Shown here: positions 1 through 14,300 of the stretch, one piece after another
Layout: every line of letters starts with the position of its first letter
How positions within the stretch are numbered: position 1 is the first letter of the stretch
Translations under genes and position numbers: made by a program
Notes under the pieces: model-generated
Told to the model about the DNA's origin: nothing
Database searches by the model: none
The model's input: only the letters and a program-made list of their open reading frames with translations
Assembly (NCBI RefSeq): GCF_000181795.1
Contig: NW_003526941.1
Span: 8,326,994-8,372,617, forward strand
Length of the DNA stretch: 45,624 nucleotides
Direction of reading: 5' to 3'
Origin: Trichinella spiralis
Lineage: Eukaryota

Positions 1-645
1 GAGTTGCTTTAAATAAATGCATCTTAAATAGTTGATCTTAAGCTAATTGTTTTATGATAAACCAACATTTTGAATGTACGCTCATCCGTAATGATTCATA
101 AGATAAAATGACCCTACGGTAATGATATTTTGTTAAATGTTTCGGCTGGATCTACTTATAATAGCGTTTGCTTAAAATTTTTCTTAATTTACTATTAAAA
201 TTGCGTTTTTCAAGATTTAAATTGTAAATTTTTTTTTCTGCACTACTGACCTGCCGCTTTTCTTTTCAAACAGCATATGTGAAGTGCTTGAATAAGATAT
301 TTTTTCCACTTTTTTGTCTTATTTGAGATTGTTAAATGTTTTGAATGAATTTTTAGCTAATACAAGCAGATAAATTTTTCAGGTTTATTATTCTAAACTG
401 AAAATGATTCGATCGCATCAGTTATAACTTTATCAGTTTGCTGTATGATTGTGATTTTTGATTAGAAATCAGTCACTGCTTAGGTAATTTGTCTGAGTCA
501 TGAATGAACAATTTTTTTACCTTAATTTATTACCAAACTTGATACTGCTGTTCCCGTTTTAGATATAAGTACAAGATTTTAAATTGACATTTATAATGCA
601 TACATATTTAGATGTGAATGAAATTTGATTTGAATTTTGTAAAAG

Positions 646-2464
646 ATGGAAAATTCTGGTCACCTGCGTGCTTTCAGTACAACAGGATTTCGTAAGTAGA
701 TTGTTTTGCTGACTAATTTTATATCAGTAATAATTGAATTATTAAATAGGTAATGCGGAATTTAGTAAAGTTTGGTTTACGTTTACTTTAATTGGCTCGT
801 GTATTGCAGTGGCGTCATCTCATGTCCAATCTTTGGTCTGGTTCAGTGATGAATCATATTTTCAAGTAGATGCTTTTGAAAAATAAAGGTTTAATTGAAA
901 ACTTTTGATAAAAAAATATTTCAGTTCTGGAAAACGATTGTGTCAAAGCTGTTTTTCGTGAATAGCGGTCAGCTGATTGCTGCGTGTATTTTGATTTATT
1001 GGTTTAGAACATTGGAGCGTTTGCTGGGCACCAAAAAGCTCATCGTATGTTTGCCAACCTTATTTTTTTTTCATCTTATTTTCTGCTATTGTAAATTAGT
1101 TTTGTAAAATTTTAATCATGCATAATCAAGATCAGTTGCATTGAATTCACTGTTCATTTACTTTTATTACGTTGAAATATAAAAACGCATTTAAATGTTT
1201 ATAATTATAGTTTAATATTATAATTATGGAATATAATTGCAATATTTTATTTTACTTATTAATGCAAAGATCTTCATTTATTGTCTGTACTTGTAATTTG
1301 TTCAAATCAGATTAGAGGTTTTGAAATTAATTGTTAAATTAAGGTTGTTTTTTTTCAAATATTTTAATAATATTTAATGACGATTTTAGAATTTCCTGTT
1401 AATAACAGGAATTGGAGAATTTATTTTGGAAATCACGATCTTTTACATAGCAAAGCATCTTGATTATAATCTACCGCTTTCTCATCTGTTTAATGGGCCG
1501 TATGTTAATTTAACCTTGAGTTCATTTTAAACGATCACAACATAATATAACAGAAAGGAATTTTTAGTTACGGTGCTCTGACCAGCTGTTTTCTATTTTA
1601 TGCCAAAGCTACCTCCGTTAATGTCAGCTTTATCATTTGGAAAGCACCATTTTCGCTTGTCCTCTACCCATTGTTTGTTTATTTACAGGTAAATGCAGGA
1701 AATTTGCATTTGTAAGTTTCCAGAAGTGATTCTGTGCATGTTTCAGTTGATTATTGGTGATTTGTGGACATCGATTTTGCCTGCACTTTGTGCAACGGTA
1801 AGTGGCAACAGCAAAGGGCAAGTGAAATATTTACGAAAAGCACGCAGTAATACTTTTAGATCCCTACAGTGCTCTATTTGGCAAATGTTTTCAACGTTCA
1901 GAAAATGTCTTTCATAAGCGACGGTCTGGCATCCAAGGCGCATCGTCTCACTAGTGAAATTTTGCATATTGGGGAAGATCGTCAAGGTATACTGTTGCCA
2001 ATGGGCGCCACTGCAGAGCTTCAACGTCAGAGAATGTACGAGCACTTGGAAGAGCAGCAAATAATTCGGCAGATGATCAATCAAAGAAACGATGTAAGAT
2101 TATTCATATTTGAAACTGTGATGAATGCTTTGTTTCTCTTCTTCTTCTTTGAATACTTTACAAATAGTAATGATTGTATTTATTATTAATAATTGCGTTC
2201 GCTCTTTTTGTTCAGGATTTGCAGCACAACGTTCAGCCCCTGGTAGCTGGAAGTCGTTGGTTGCAGAGTATTTTTCGTCGTGATAACATTGGAACAGCAG
2301 AAAGGTCATCGAACGATGCGGTGGATGAAGAACGAGTTGCTACGTTGATCAGTATGGGTTTTACCAATCGCAGACGCGTTATTCAAGTATTAAATAACGT
2401 GAGAAATGACATTAATATAGCCGCATTGATCTTATCAGAGGAAGCTTCTTCTTCACGTGGTTGA
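646..2464 (+). CDS. UBAC2: Ubiquitin-associated domain-containing protein 2 (rhomboid-like pseudoprotease with C-terminal UBA domain), about 348 aa, 8 exons
   Basis: Hand-built exons 646-691, 750-865, 925-1044, 1390-1499, 1568-1688, 1747-1797, 1860-2093, 2216-2464. All introns are GT-AG and the joined frame is open (1047 nt). Motifs FSTTGFRNAEFSK, QFWKTIVSKLFF...LIYWFRTLERLLGTKK, GPYG, and PMGATAELQRQ resemble UBAC2. The C-terminus DEERVATLISMGFTNRRRVIQVLNNVRNDINIAALIL is a UBA domain with the MGF loop. Confidence 0.88.
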
Positions 2465-2735
2465 ATATTATTTTATTTTAACATTAAACCAACTATTAAT
2501 GTCTATAATCTTTTCAGTAAAGCTTGTAATTTTTAATAGTCGCTCTATTAAGTCATAAGAATTTTTCATTTCATCCATAATTGTTTTCAACCTTGATTTT
2601 CATTAATTGTATGTCATATCATTGCGAACTGATTAACGTGTAACTTTAACGTGTGATTTTAGTTATTTTTTACGCACATTGACAACGTTTAAATTGAATG
2701 TTGAAAAATCACAATTCAATTTATTGCACCGAATA

Positions 2736-3620
2736 TTACAAAGCACATTGCCACAGTGAAACTGTTCTATCATCACTGCAAGATGCTAATAAACCCATTT
2801 TCACTGGGTTCCATGCTATACTGTTCACATCGGCATTATGGGCATTGTCTATTTTTTGAATCAAATGGAAATTATCTTCATCGCGTTCACTTTCAAATTG
2901 GAAAAGACGAATATTATTGTCACCACAGGCAGTTGCAATCAAATCCAACTTTGAGCACCTAAAAAAATGAAACAACTGCAGAATAACCTGTGCAAAAAAG
3001 TATTCGATTCTGCACAAACCAATCAATGTCAAAGATAGGTCGTTCATGATATCCATTCAGAGTACATACGCATTGCCATTTTGCCGTTTTCTCTTCAGAA
3101 TTCCTTTTCCATATTTTCACAGTGCGATCGTCGCTGCATGTACAAAAGTAATTTCCCGAGCCATTGAATGACAGTGACCAGACTGTAGAAGTATGCTCTT
3201 CCAAGCTTTGTTGTACATTCCATTCTTCCGCATCAAACTCATACAGTTGAATGGAATTGTCATAGCTGGTTGAAGCCAAAATCTTTTTCAACAAAAATCA
3301 GCTCAAAAAAACTGCACAGTTGATTTATTATTCTGTTACTTCTTCATAGGGATGCCACTGTACACGTTTCACGTCCTGACTATGTTTCGTAATTACGTGT
3401 AATAATTGTAATTCTTCTTCCTCATCCACTGCATCAAAAAAAGAAGAAATTCAATAATTGCACAGAATATGAACTATTTTTCAGCTTAACCCACTTTCCC
3501 ATATCCATACAGCTTTATCACGTCCGCATGTTGCTAGAAATCTGCCGCAGCTTGACCAAGCACAACATTTTACTTCATTCTCGTGTGCATCAACTTTTGG
3601 CCAGATACGTAAACTCGAAA
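2736..3620 (-). CDS. CIAO1: Cytosolic iron-sulfur assembly WD40 protein CIAO1/CIA1 (5'-partial; N-terminal exons lost in or near the N gap)
   Basis: Minus-strand exons 3620-3495, 3428-3340, 3282-3020, 2958-2736 with GT-AG introns. Diagnostic peptides [89 protein letters not shown]...LLASCSDD. Confidence 0.92.
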
Positions 3621-3788
3621 CTTAAAGCAAACCGCACATGTTGAATGCAAACTGATTTTATTTGTTCAATCGCTGCCAAGAATACAAAGGTATGCTTGCC
3701 TCAGAACAATCATATAAAAAAATTACTCTTCCATTTGTTAAATACTTGTCAAATGAATTCGAATCCGGCTGCAGCTAATACGTCCACA

Positions 3789-4535
3789 NNNNNNNNNNNN
3801 NNNNNNNNNNNNNNNNNNNNNNNNNNNNNNNNNNNNNNNNNNNNNNNNNNNNNNNNNNNNNNNNNNNNNNNNNNNNNNNNNNNNNNNNNNNNNNNNNNNN
3901 NNNNNNNNNNNNNNNNNNNNNNNNNNNNNNNNNNNNNNNNNNNNNNNNNNNNNNNNNNNNNNNNNNNNNNNNNNNNNNNNNNNNNNNNNNNNNNNNNNNN
4001 NNNNNNNNNNNNNNNNNNNNNNNNNNNNNNNNNNNNNNNNNNNNNNNNNNNNNNNNNNNNNNNNNNNNNNNNNNNNNNNNNNNNNNNNNNNNNNNNNNNN
4101 NNNNNNNNNNNNNNNNNNNNNNNNNNNNNNNNNNNNNNNNNNNNNNNNNNNNNNNNNNNNNNNNNNNNNNNNNNNNNNNNNNNNNNNNNNNNNNNNNNNN
4201 NNNNNNNNNNNNNNNNNNNNNNNNNNNNNNNNNNNNNNNNNNNNNNNNNNNNNNNNNNNNNNNNNNNNNNNNNNNNNNNNNNNNNNNNNNNNNNNNNNNN
4301 NNNNNNNNNNNNNNNNNNNNNNNNNNNNNNNNNNNNNNNNNNNNNNNNNNNNNNNNNNNNNNNNNNNNNNNNNNNNNNNNNNNNNNNNNNNNNNNNNNNN
4401 NNNNNNNNNNNNNNNNNNNNNNNNNNNNNNNNNNNNNNNNNNNNNNNNNNNNNNNNNNNNNNNNNNNNNNNNNNNNNNNNNNNNNNNNNNNNNNNNNNNN
4501 NNNNNNNNNNNNNNNNNNNNNNNNNNNNNNNNNNN
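3789..4535. other. Assembly gap (N run)
   Basis: Continuous n characters; interrupts the 5' part of CIAO1. Confidence 0.99.
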
Positions 4536-7500
4536 TTATTTATCCATCAAAGTACAGTTGACCTTACGAAAATTTGCATAAAGGATGCTTTCCCGTTATT
4601 TACAAGTTGCATTAGTAAGTAAACATTAGTGCAGTTTTTGTCCGTCGCAGTCGAAGAAAGTCTCATATCATGTGCGGCTTGTTTTCTTTTTGCAGTACTA
4701 ATTTTTGTGTTTATCTTACATTTATTCCTATTTGTGCCAAACTTGTTAGACGTTTTATACTTTCTTCGTCCAATATTAAACCACATAATGCTGTAGAAAT
4801 GAGGTAAGGCTTTTTTGAAAAATATTTTCAATCATCTCTTTTGTAGACGTTGTCATTTTATTCACTGATTTTGAATAAAAAGGAAACTTTTCAGTAAGGT
4901 TCAGTTGCAAAACTTTTCCATTTAGTTTATTTAATATTTTGTCTTCAAACAGTATTTGACAAATTTTCATCCTTGGTATACTGTAAATTTTATAGAAAAT
5001 TTTACAAATTGAAATCAATGAACATTGTAATATTTGTCATGCTAAGTTCATTCGTCGACTAACAACACTAGTTGAAGTGTGATTGGAAAATAAGAAAAGG
5101 GTAGGAGGAACTTTTATTATTTTTTTTGTATCCCACGTGAAACTGAAGAATTTGCAAGTCAAAGTGAAAATTGTTTTAGTGCATTTTTGTATTTTTAAAG
5201 TGAACCAGCACTTAATCGAAGCAATTTACAGTAAAAGTTTTCGAAATCTTGGCTGCTAAATTGGGACAACGTAAGCCAATAACACATTGAATTTTCTTTT
5301 CGAAATTGTCATTCTTTCTTCAATTCTGTCGAAAAATAATCAGAACTAAATTTAGAATATTTACTTAAAATTTTAAACAAATAATAAAACAAAATTTTTA
5401 ATGAAATGTTTTCAAGTTATTGAATTAATTTCCATAATGTTTACAGAAATGTTCATAAAGTACAACATCAACAGTAATTCAAATTTTGTCCCAGTTTCTG
5501 CAATGCAGGTATTGTTTTTTTTATAATTTACCAAATCGGCAATCCTTATTTGTAAATCAATTCTACAGTACACATCGAATCCACTGTTTCACTTTTGATT
5601 TCTGTATTGTTCGACCGAATTTTTTGCTTGTTCATTTATCGATTTTATTTCATCAGCAAAATCAACCACGAAGTGGAGAAGATTCGAAGTTTTATTATTT
5701 ATTAGTCTGCACTTTTCTCGAGATGTAATTTTTTTATGATTTCTTTTCTGAATTTTATTTTGTTGAATAGAGTGATTTGATTTGATTTCATTTTCTACTT
5801 TTCAATGATGAATTTTACGGTTAATAAACTTTTCACGAGTTCTCAACCGGTAAGAAGTGAAAATCTTTTAAATCAGGTTGATAGAATTGTACTGAAAGAT
5901 GAGAACTATTTTTGAATTTCTTCCAGCAGTGCATTCAATTTTTTCTTTCAAAAGTATAAATAAACTAGTTTCCATTTTCGGGATGTGATGTTAGCTGTGG
6001 TTGTTGTTGTTGATTAAAATGAAATAATTAGTATTATTTTCAGTGGTTGTCACTTGAGTGAAGTTCGTTGAATAATTGGTATATTTGAACTGTATATGCG
6101 ATGTAAAATGTAAAAATTCAAGCATCACCTTAGTGGCAGTGTATGACTTGCTTGAATGAGGGATGGTATATTTTTCGATAACATTGATATTAATTATTTT
6201 CTAACGTATATAATTCAAAATTTTTTAAATTACTAAGCGTCTAATAATTGAGAGTGTTTATTGATTTTTGAACAAAACATTTTTCAAACCAAAACGGTTA
6301 AGTAGTACATGAAAATAATTGGAAAATAATTTTTTTTGTTTTTATTTTGAGATTTACTGATTTGTTGAAATTGATTTACATTGGACTGGCAAGGTGCATG
6401 AAATGGAAGAAAACCGGCGATGCTCAATTTTGTGGTGGTCAGTCAGGTTGATTTTCACTGGCAGACAATGATGCTGCTGCGGACCGGCTTAACCTGAGGC
6501 TTTGTTCATCTAGCTGTTTTGTTCGGTTTATTGTAATTTTTGGTATTTCATGTCGGTCATTTCTACTGGCGTCGATTGTGCTTGACTTTTTCAACTGATT
6601 AATCAACTCGACAGCCATGAATAGCAATTTCAACGACAATGACAGTAAGAAAAGAAATTGGAAAAAAGAAAAAGAACTCATCATCACCACAGAATTGGCC
6701 AATCTCTTTTCACTCTTGAATTCACTACTTGAACTACGAACGACGCTTCTTGATTAAATGCAAATTTTCTGCTCTGAGGATTTTTGCATATTTTTACCAG
6801 CACTGATGAGAAAAGACTGATCACTTTCAAGCTTTTGACAACTGGCATTTCACCACCACCATTTCACATGTAAGTAGTATATGAAAGAAAAATTGCACCT
6901 CTTGTCGTCGTCTTTTCTTTTCTTCATTACGTAAAACTTTTTCTTCAATCACTCTTCAAAAAAATCATTGGCAAAATTGTTTCTTGTAATTCATCTATTT
7001 CAGATAATTCATTATATATATATATTTTTTTGAATTTCAGTTTTCATTTCACAACTGCTGATCATCACACACCCGCACTACCACCATCGCTGACAATCAT
7101 CTACAGTATTCTACTACAACATTTTTCACTACTACTTTTTGGTAAGCATTTATTTATTTTCTTTTATTCGTTGTTTATCTCCACGTCAGTTGAACAATTG
7201 AAGAACAATCACTCAAGTTGAGAATTATCAAATTGTAATCGGCTGGCTATCAAGGTTACTTTTGTAATTGAGAATATTATTTCTTCATTTCATTTCATCA
7301 AAAAATGCTCCAATATGCAACTTGTCAGACTTGTAAATTTGCATTTTATCAATTATCCGATGAACGCGATTGTCTTTTTTATTTGTAAATTTCTTTTCAC
7401 ATCTTTCTTCTCAACAGCGATTAGTGAAATAAATTGTGCTGGATGGTTTCTCAAGAATTTGTATTACAAAATGAATATGTGGGCAAGTTTGTGAAATTTT

Positions 7501-10500
7501 TTAAAATTAAATACTGCAACTGACAATGAACAATAATAAACTTTTCTTACTGTACTCAACTGTAGGGTAATCTGTGGAAAAAGGCTTTTCTTCTTTTTCT
7601 TCTTTATATGCAGGAATGTGGTGGAGTAGATTCTAGTATTGTCGTTGTTGTTGTTGTTCATTTTCAGATCTTCATTTCAAGTGTGACAAAAGCAGAATTT
7701 TTATTTTTTTAATTGATCATAAAAATGGTTGTAATTTTTCAATTTTTCAAAAATGGTATCGCGAAAAAATTCCAATCGTTTACTTGGAATTTTTTGGAAA
7801 ATTTCAAATTTGCTCTGTTTTGTTTCTGTTTCTGTTTATTTTTTATTTATTTCAAAATGTTTTCTTTTTAAATTTTGAAAACAAAATTAATTTTAACAAT
7901 TCTATGACGTCTGTTCTATTAACGTAGGCATTGAAAAATTCATCAAAACTTATATTTACCATGAAAACTACTACTTGATCAATTATCATTTCGAATAGAA
8001 AAGATAGGAGAATTTATAATAGCACATTTTTATTATTTTTTCATCTCAATACATCAGTATTCAATAGTTTTATGATAATTTGTGAATGATTTATTTTTAT
8101 AATTTCATTTTAAAATTATGCAATAAATAATAAATGAAGGGTGGGTAAAAAAGAGGAAAACTGGAGTATTACAACGATAATGAAAATGAATAACAGCAGT
8201 TTAAATGAAAGAAATAAAATTTATATTTTATTATTATTATTCTTTTTATCCCTTTTCACTGATTGATGAGAGAGGTTTGAAAAAAGTGTTGATTGGTAAT
8301 TGTGATCGTGTGTCAGTTTTTCTTCTTGCTTTATCTTGGGGAACATTACATAGCATAGTGAAATGTTTGTTTTATGCAAATAAATATTTGTGATTTCTTT
8401 TTTATTTTCAATTTCTTCCCTTTCCTACAATTATTATTTTTTTCATTGTTTGTTTCCCTGGAATGTCCCTCATAGATTTCAAAATGATACCATCTTCAGC
8501 AAGCTAAAGTTGAACGGAATTGCATCATCGATCGGGTTCAGTCGAACATGCAGCATGGCATTTCTTTTTGCACTGCTCTTTCATTTGCGTTAATTTATAG
8601 CATCACTTGTGTTCTGTGTTGCACATGCTTTCTCTATGGTCGATTTCATTATTTTTCCTTAATTACAGAAAAAAAATAATTTTAACTTTCAATCGCAGAT
8701 CATTTGCATAAAATTTTATTATGTAATGAATATTTGTAGGTGAAAAAGTTTCAGTTTGCATTTTGTAAAATTTTTAAGATCTGAACAAAATTTACTCGTA
8801 TTTATAATTTGATAATATTGATTAATTATGCATTGGAAAATGAGTCATTGAAATTATTTGTTCTTCAATTAAAGATAATATACAATTTGGATGAATGGAT
8901 TTTTTTTTGTTTAAAAATAGACACTCTGATGGGAAGCATAACTATTATTATGTGCGTATAATCAAGAAATCATTGTTTCAACATAGTCTAATATTTTTTA
9001 ATTGCAATTATGAATCCAGATTTTTCGCTTGATCAAAGTTTCATTAAAAATAATAACTATTTCGCTTCATACAAATCGACCTCGCCAATGTAATAATAAT
9101 GAAGCATTTGTTTTTGTCAACATTTCATATTGATTTTTCTTCACTGTTGTAATGGCATTCTTCAAGTGAATGAAATTCATTAGTTAATTTTTATTTCATA
9201 AATTTGTTTACTGAAAAAATAAATAAAGCAATAATTTTCTATTCGTTCATTCTATTTGAAAAATGCATTGGTTCTTCTTCTTCTTCTTTTTTTTTGCGCA
9301 GTTTACTTGCGTGCATACTTGAAGCAAAATTTGCGTGACTAAAACTGAGTTTGTTAATATATTTTTGTTTAATAATATTGATCACACTAGTGCTATACTT
9401 TATCGGTACTTCTCTATTTGAGCATGCAACTTCCTTTCTAATTTGGCATTTCAATTTATACGTCAATGCGCGTACGTTGTAGATTTAATAAAACAAATAA
9501 TTTACCCCCTCCCTCTCTCCCTCTCCCTCTCTGTGTGTGTCTCTTTTTCCACATATATATATATATATATATATATATACTTTTTTGTTTCAATGTTTAA
9601 ATGGCATTTTATCATAAAAATGATCATATTTAATGTTAATTATGAATGTAATTCATAGATGCAAATATATATTTTTTTTCTTGCAGCTCTATAGCTGTGT
9701 TCTTTTTTTTATTCAATTCAATTCACTTGTCGTCATGTAATTATGCAATTTTATAAATGAATGTTTCAATACTTTTCAATGTAAATGAGTGATAAAATTT
9801 TATCCGTATGGATTAGGAAAATTTACTTTTTTTTATATCTTCTTCTTTTAAATTAACAATACTCACCTCAGGAGGGAATTTCTGTAGGTTTTTTTTTTAA
9901 TTTTATAAATAAGCTTCTTCTTCTTCTTCTTTCTTTTGCAAATCAACAACTTCATCACCAATAATGGAATAGTTATTTTTTGAAAATCGTAATGGATAAT
10001 AAACTACATGCAAAATGCAAATAGCAAAAATGATTGAACGATGGAAATTTTTCAGTTGCTTTTTTCTCTCAACGTTACATATAATGACTGTATATGAAAT
10101 GTACTGTTATTATAATGAAAAACGATAGTTTTTATTCACAAGAGTCACTAATTTAATTTGATCGCTATTGTGCTTTCTGCAATGTTTTTAACTGCCAATC
10201 GATATTTATAGCAATCTTTCGACTGGCAGTTTTTATATTGTCGTAATCTGAACTGAGCTAGCAAAGTTGGCCGAAGAATTTTAATTAACTGTAAATTATT
10301 GATATAAGCCATGATTCCTGATTAGATGTTTTGTCAAGTGTAGACCCGGCGGAATCGATTCAACAACTCTCTCGACCTTAGTCTCGGTTTGCCGGACCGA
10401 ATTCTCAGCACCACCCACATTTCAACTTTGACTTTTTTCTTTCTCTTTGCTCATCAGTCTTTCGTCCAAACAATGCACCTTGGTTCCACTGTTTATTCGA

Positions 10501-10808
10501 ATTATTATTATTTTGTTTTAATAATTAATATGCAGTTATTATTATTATTATTATTATTTGCTAATTTCGACGCATCTCAACAGAGGGGTTCGTTCGAGCA
10601 CTGAAGCATCTGTAAAAATAATTGATCAATTGTGCACAGAGTGAATGAAGTCAGTTATTATTATTTTTTTTTCTTCCCTCTCCTATTACAATACATTCTA
10701 CTTTTTATACTTTTTATCAACCCTAAAATAAGCAGCGATGTGTTTGCTAATTTCTCAATTCTTGGTAATTGCTTGCGTGAAATTTCGCCTGATGTAATTT
10801 TGCACTTT

Positions 10809-11346
10809 NNNNNNNNNNNNNNNNNNNNNNNNNNNNNNNNNNNNNNNNNNNNNNNNNNNNNNNNNNNNNNNNNNNNNNNNNNNNNNNNNNNNNNNNNNNN
10901 NNNNNNNNNNNNNNNNNNNNNNNNNNNNNNNNNNNNNNNNNNNNNNNNNNNNNNNNNNNNNNNNNNNNNNNNNNNNNNNNNNNNNNNNNNNNNNNNNNNN
11001 NNNNNNNNNNNNNNNNNNNNNNNNNNNNNNNNNNNNNNNNNNNNNNNNNNNNNNNNNNNNNNNNNNNNNNNNNNNNNNNNNNNNNNNNNNNNNNNNNNNN
11101 NNNNNNNNNNNNNNNNNNNNNNNNNNNNNNNNNNNNNNNNNNNNNNNNNNNNNNNNNNNNNNNNNNNNNNNNNNNNNNNNNNNNNNNNNNNNNNNNNNNN
11201 NNNNNNNNNNNNNNNNNNNNNNNNNNNNNNNNNNNNNNNNNNNNNNNNNNNNNNNNNNNNNNNNNNNNNNNNNNNNNNNNNNNNNNNNNNNNNNNNNNNN
11301 NNNNNNNNNNNNNNNNNNNNNNNNNNNNNNNNNNNNNNNNNNNNNN
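10809..11346. other. Assembly gap (N run)
   Basis: Continuous n characters. Confidence 0.99.
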
Positions 11347-14300
11347 TCTAGTGGAATTCATTTTGGTACTTGAAAATGGAAAACTGAAAACAGTTTGTCA
11401 TAATGGAATAAATGTAAATTTAATTTCTACCTTTAAGTTCATTTAAGCGTATTGATTTTTGGCTTGCCAAAAAATAAAAAGAAGCAAATTATTTTCATTT
11501 TCTGTTCAATTCAGTTTAGTATATATATATATAGTTTATTTATTTATAAAAACAATTTTTGCGTGTGTGAAGTATTTCAAGGTTATAAATTTGTTTTCCA
11601 TTTTTATTATGAATGTTCAGTTAGTTGCACAATGTTTCATTTGGATGTCAGTTGAAAATTTAAAAATAGCCAAGAATTAAAAATTACTTGCAGCTGTATG
11701 AAATTTTTGCAAACAACATATTGTTGTTTTATATTTTACACTCGCGCATCGGACGATAAATCTACTCATAACTGATTAGAAAACCCACTGTGCAATTTTT
11801 CAACTCAATTTAAGGCAGTTGTTTCTGAAATTTTTTAAAAATAGTTCATTTTTCTTTTTTTTTCACAACAAATAATCCTGAGGTATATATACGCTGTTGA
11901 TGCGCAGTTTGTTGGACAATAATTTTTGTATTGTGATTTTCAATTGAAAATCAGGTATGTTGCTGCTTATTTAATTCAATTTATTGTTAGGCATAAATTT
12001 TTCGTTGTTGTTATGTAGTGCAAAAAGTTGAAGGTGCATTTGCTTTACGCTAATTTGACTAAAACAGAGGAGGTAGGATACGGATGGGAGAGGTCGGTTG
12101 AAGGGGTAAGTTGAAAGAGAGAGAGAGGGAAGATGGTAATGAAAATATGTAGAAAAAGAAGAGGAATTTTTTTGAATGATGATGATTCACTTGGAAAAAT
12201 TTGTAACGGTCAATTGGAGCTGTGCTTTTGTTTTTCACCGACCAATCTGTTAAGCCGTGCACAATTGAATTACCGTCTGCAGCAAGCTTCCTCGATTCTG
12301 ATCGTTTGCCCTTCAACGACTCTCAGCAGAATTTGCGTTGCTTTGTGCTGAGTAGCAGCTAGCTACATAATAATCTGTATGTATGCTCTGAGCTTGCTTG
12401 CATTTTGATTTTCATTTTTCAAAATGAACAATAATGCTGCTGATTGTTGAATGGAAAAATAATAATGGAAAAAGAACAGAATAATAATAAATTATTAGAA
12501 AAAAAATGAAGAAGATATAAAAGGAAGTGTGAATGAAATGCATGGTGACAATGGAGAAAAGAAGCAGAAGCAGGAGGAGAACGTTCAATTTGCTTTGGAT
12601 GCATGCGTTTATCAATTTGTCTGTGTTTGTTGGTTGTCGATTATTTCTTGTCGTCTTGTTTCGCCGCCAAACGACTTGACTTGACGATTATCCAATAGCG
12701 TTCGCCAACGATAGGCCGCATCGGTTGCATTTGCTCAGCTTTTGCAAGCCGTTTGTCGTCCAATTTTGCCTGCCTCTTTTCCCTGCAATGCCGTCTGCCT
12801 GCCATTTTCTCCCCTGCATTCTCACTCATTTACTCACTCACTCATTTGCTCTCTATCTCTCTCTCTCTCTCTCGCTCTCTCTGTCTTGCTGTGGCTTCAA
12901 TGGAACAATCATTTTTCAATCATAAGGAAAAATCCCCATCCCAGAGTTTTTTTCTCTCTTTCCTCTTTCTTTAAATACTACAAATCTGCAACGGAACACG
13001 TAAGCTGTATGTATCTCGATGTAACACTTTGTTTATTTTAAATTTTCATTTGTTTCAATATTTGATCATCATTTATTTATTTATTTATTTTTTACTTGTT
13101 GTATTATTCGATCATCGACTGAGTAATTTTCATTTTTAAAATTCTAATCCGCTTTATTGTAATTGCATCATATTTTTGGGGATTCAGTTTTGTTTGTGGT
13201 TGTTGGTTTTTCTCTTCTGTTGCTTGAAAGTTCGAAAAGAACGATGAAAAAATAAGCTGTGTAAAAGAAGCAGATGATGATGAAGCCCGATAAATTGATT
13301 TTTCCTCTACAGCACTGTTTTCAAATTTGGTAACTTTACTGCCCCTGAATGACCAGTTTAATTAGTTTACTATTAAAGCAACAGCTTTCTTCTTCGTCAT
13401 CACTGTATACTATTTATTATACATATCTGTGTATACTTTGCATTTTGGTTGATCGAATTTGCAAATTTAATATTTTTTTCAAATACATGTATTGATTTAA
13501 TTTTTATTCAGCATAGCTTAAAGTTTTGTTTTTGAATTTTTAATTAAACAGTGAATTTGTTTCAAATATTTAATCATCATCATTATGGTAAAATCAATAG
13601 CTGTTTTTTCTTGGCGACTGTTTAAATTCATTCAATTGTGTCAATCATTGTTTCAGAAAATAAAAAAATGATATTTAAAAATTAAATTTTTATTATTTCA
13701 TCAAATGCAGATTTGGAGAAAAAAGTGATTTTTTTTATCATTTTGTTTGTTCACTTTGGAATAGAAAAATAGTTTATATCCTCTTTATGATTCAGTATTA
13801 CATTGTCGCATGGGAATTTCCATCTTCACTATTCGTCAGATTTTATAAAGATATAGTTTTTATTCAATCAAGCACAACATTGATGGGTCATATCTTCTTC
13901 TTCTATTTGTTCATGTCAACTTTTATTTCGCAAGATTATTACAATCATTTTTTGATTCATTTTTTTATTTTAATTTTTCATTCATTTTCAAAAAAGTGCT
14001 ATTTTATAGCTATGGTTTTAACAGTTTGTTTCGCTTTTTCTTTATCGATTTCTCTTTACAGGTTGATTGCAATTTTTACAATTTTTCCCCAATGACTCGA
14101 TCGATCATTTGAGATTCAGAGATGAACAATATATTTGTACTACTTTGAAATTGTTGAATGTGATATTTTTTTCCATAATAATATTAATTTATTATTACTA
14201 CTATAAATGTATACATATATCGGCGATGGGTTACATGCATGCGAATTGTTGAAAAAAATTGCAAACAAGGGATGGTGGTGGTGGTATCCCAGTTGCGCGC

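Noticed and set aside
3645..4622. 325-aa ORF (and the 239/204-aa ORFs at 10632-11361)
   Set aside because: Artefacts of translating through N gaps.
4547..5018. Two overlapping minus-strand ORFs just beyond the gap as possible CIAO1 5' exons
   Set aside because: No recognisable WD40 or CIAO1 N-terminal motif; cannot be supported as coding.
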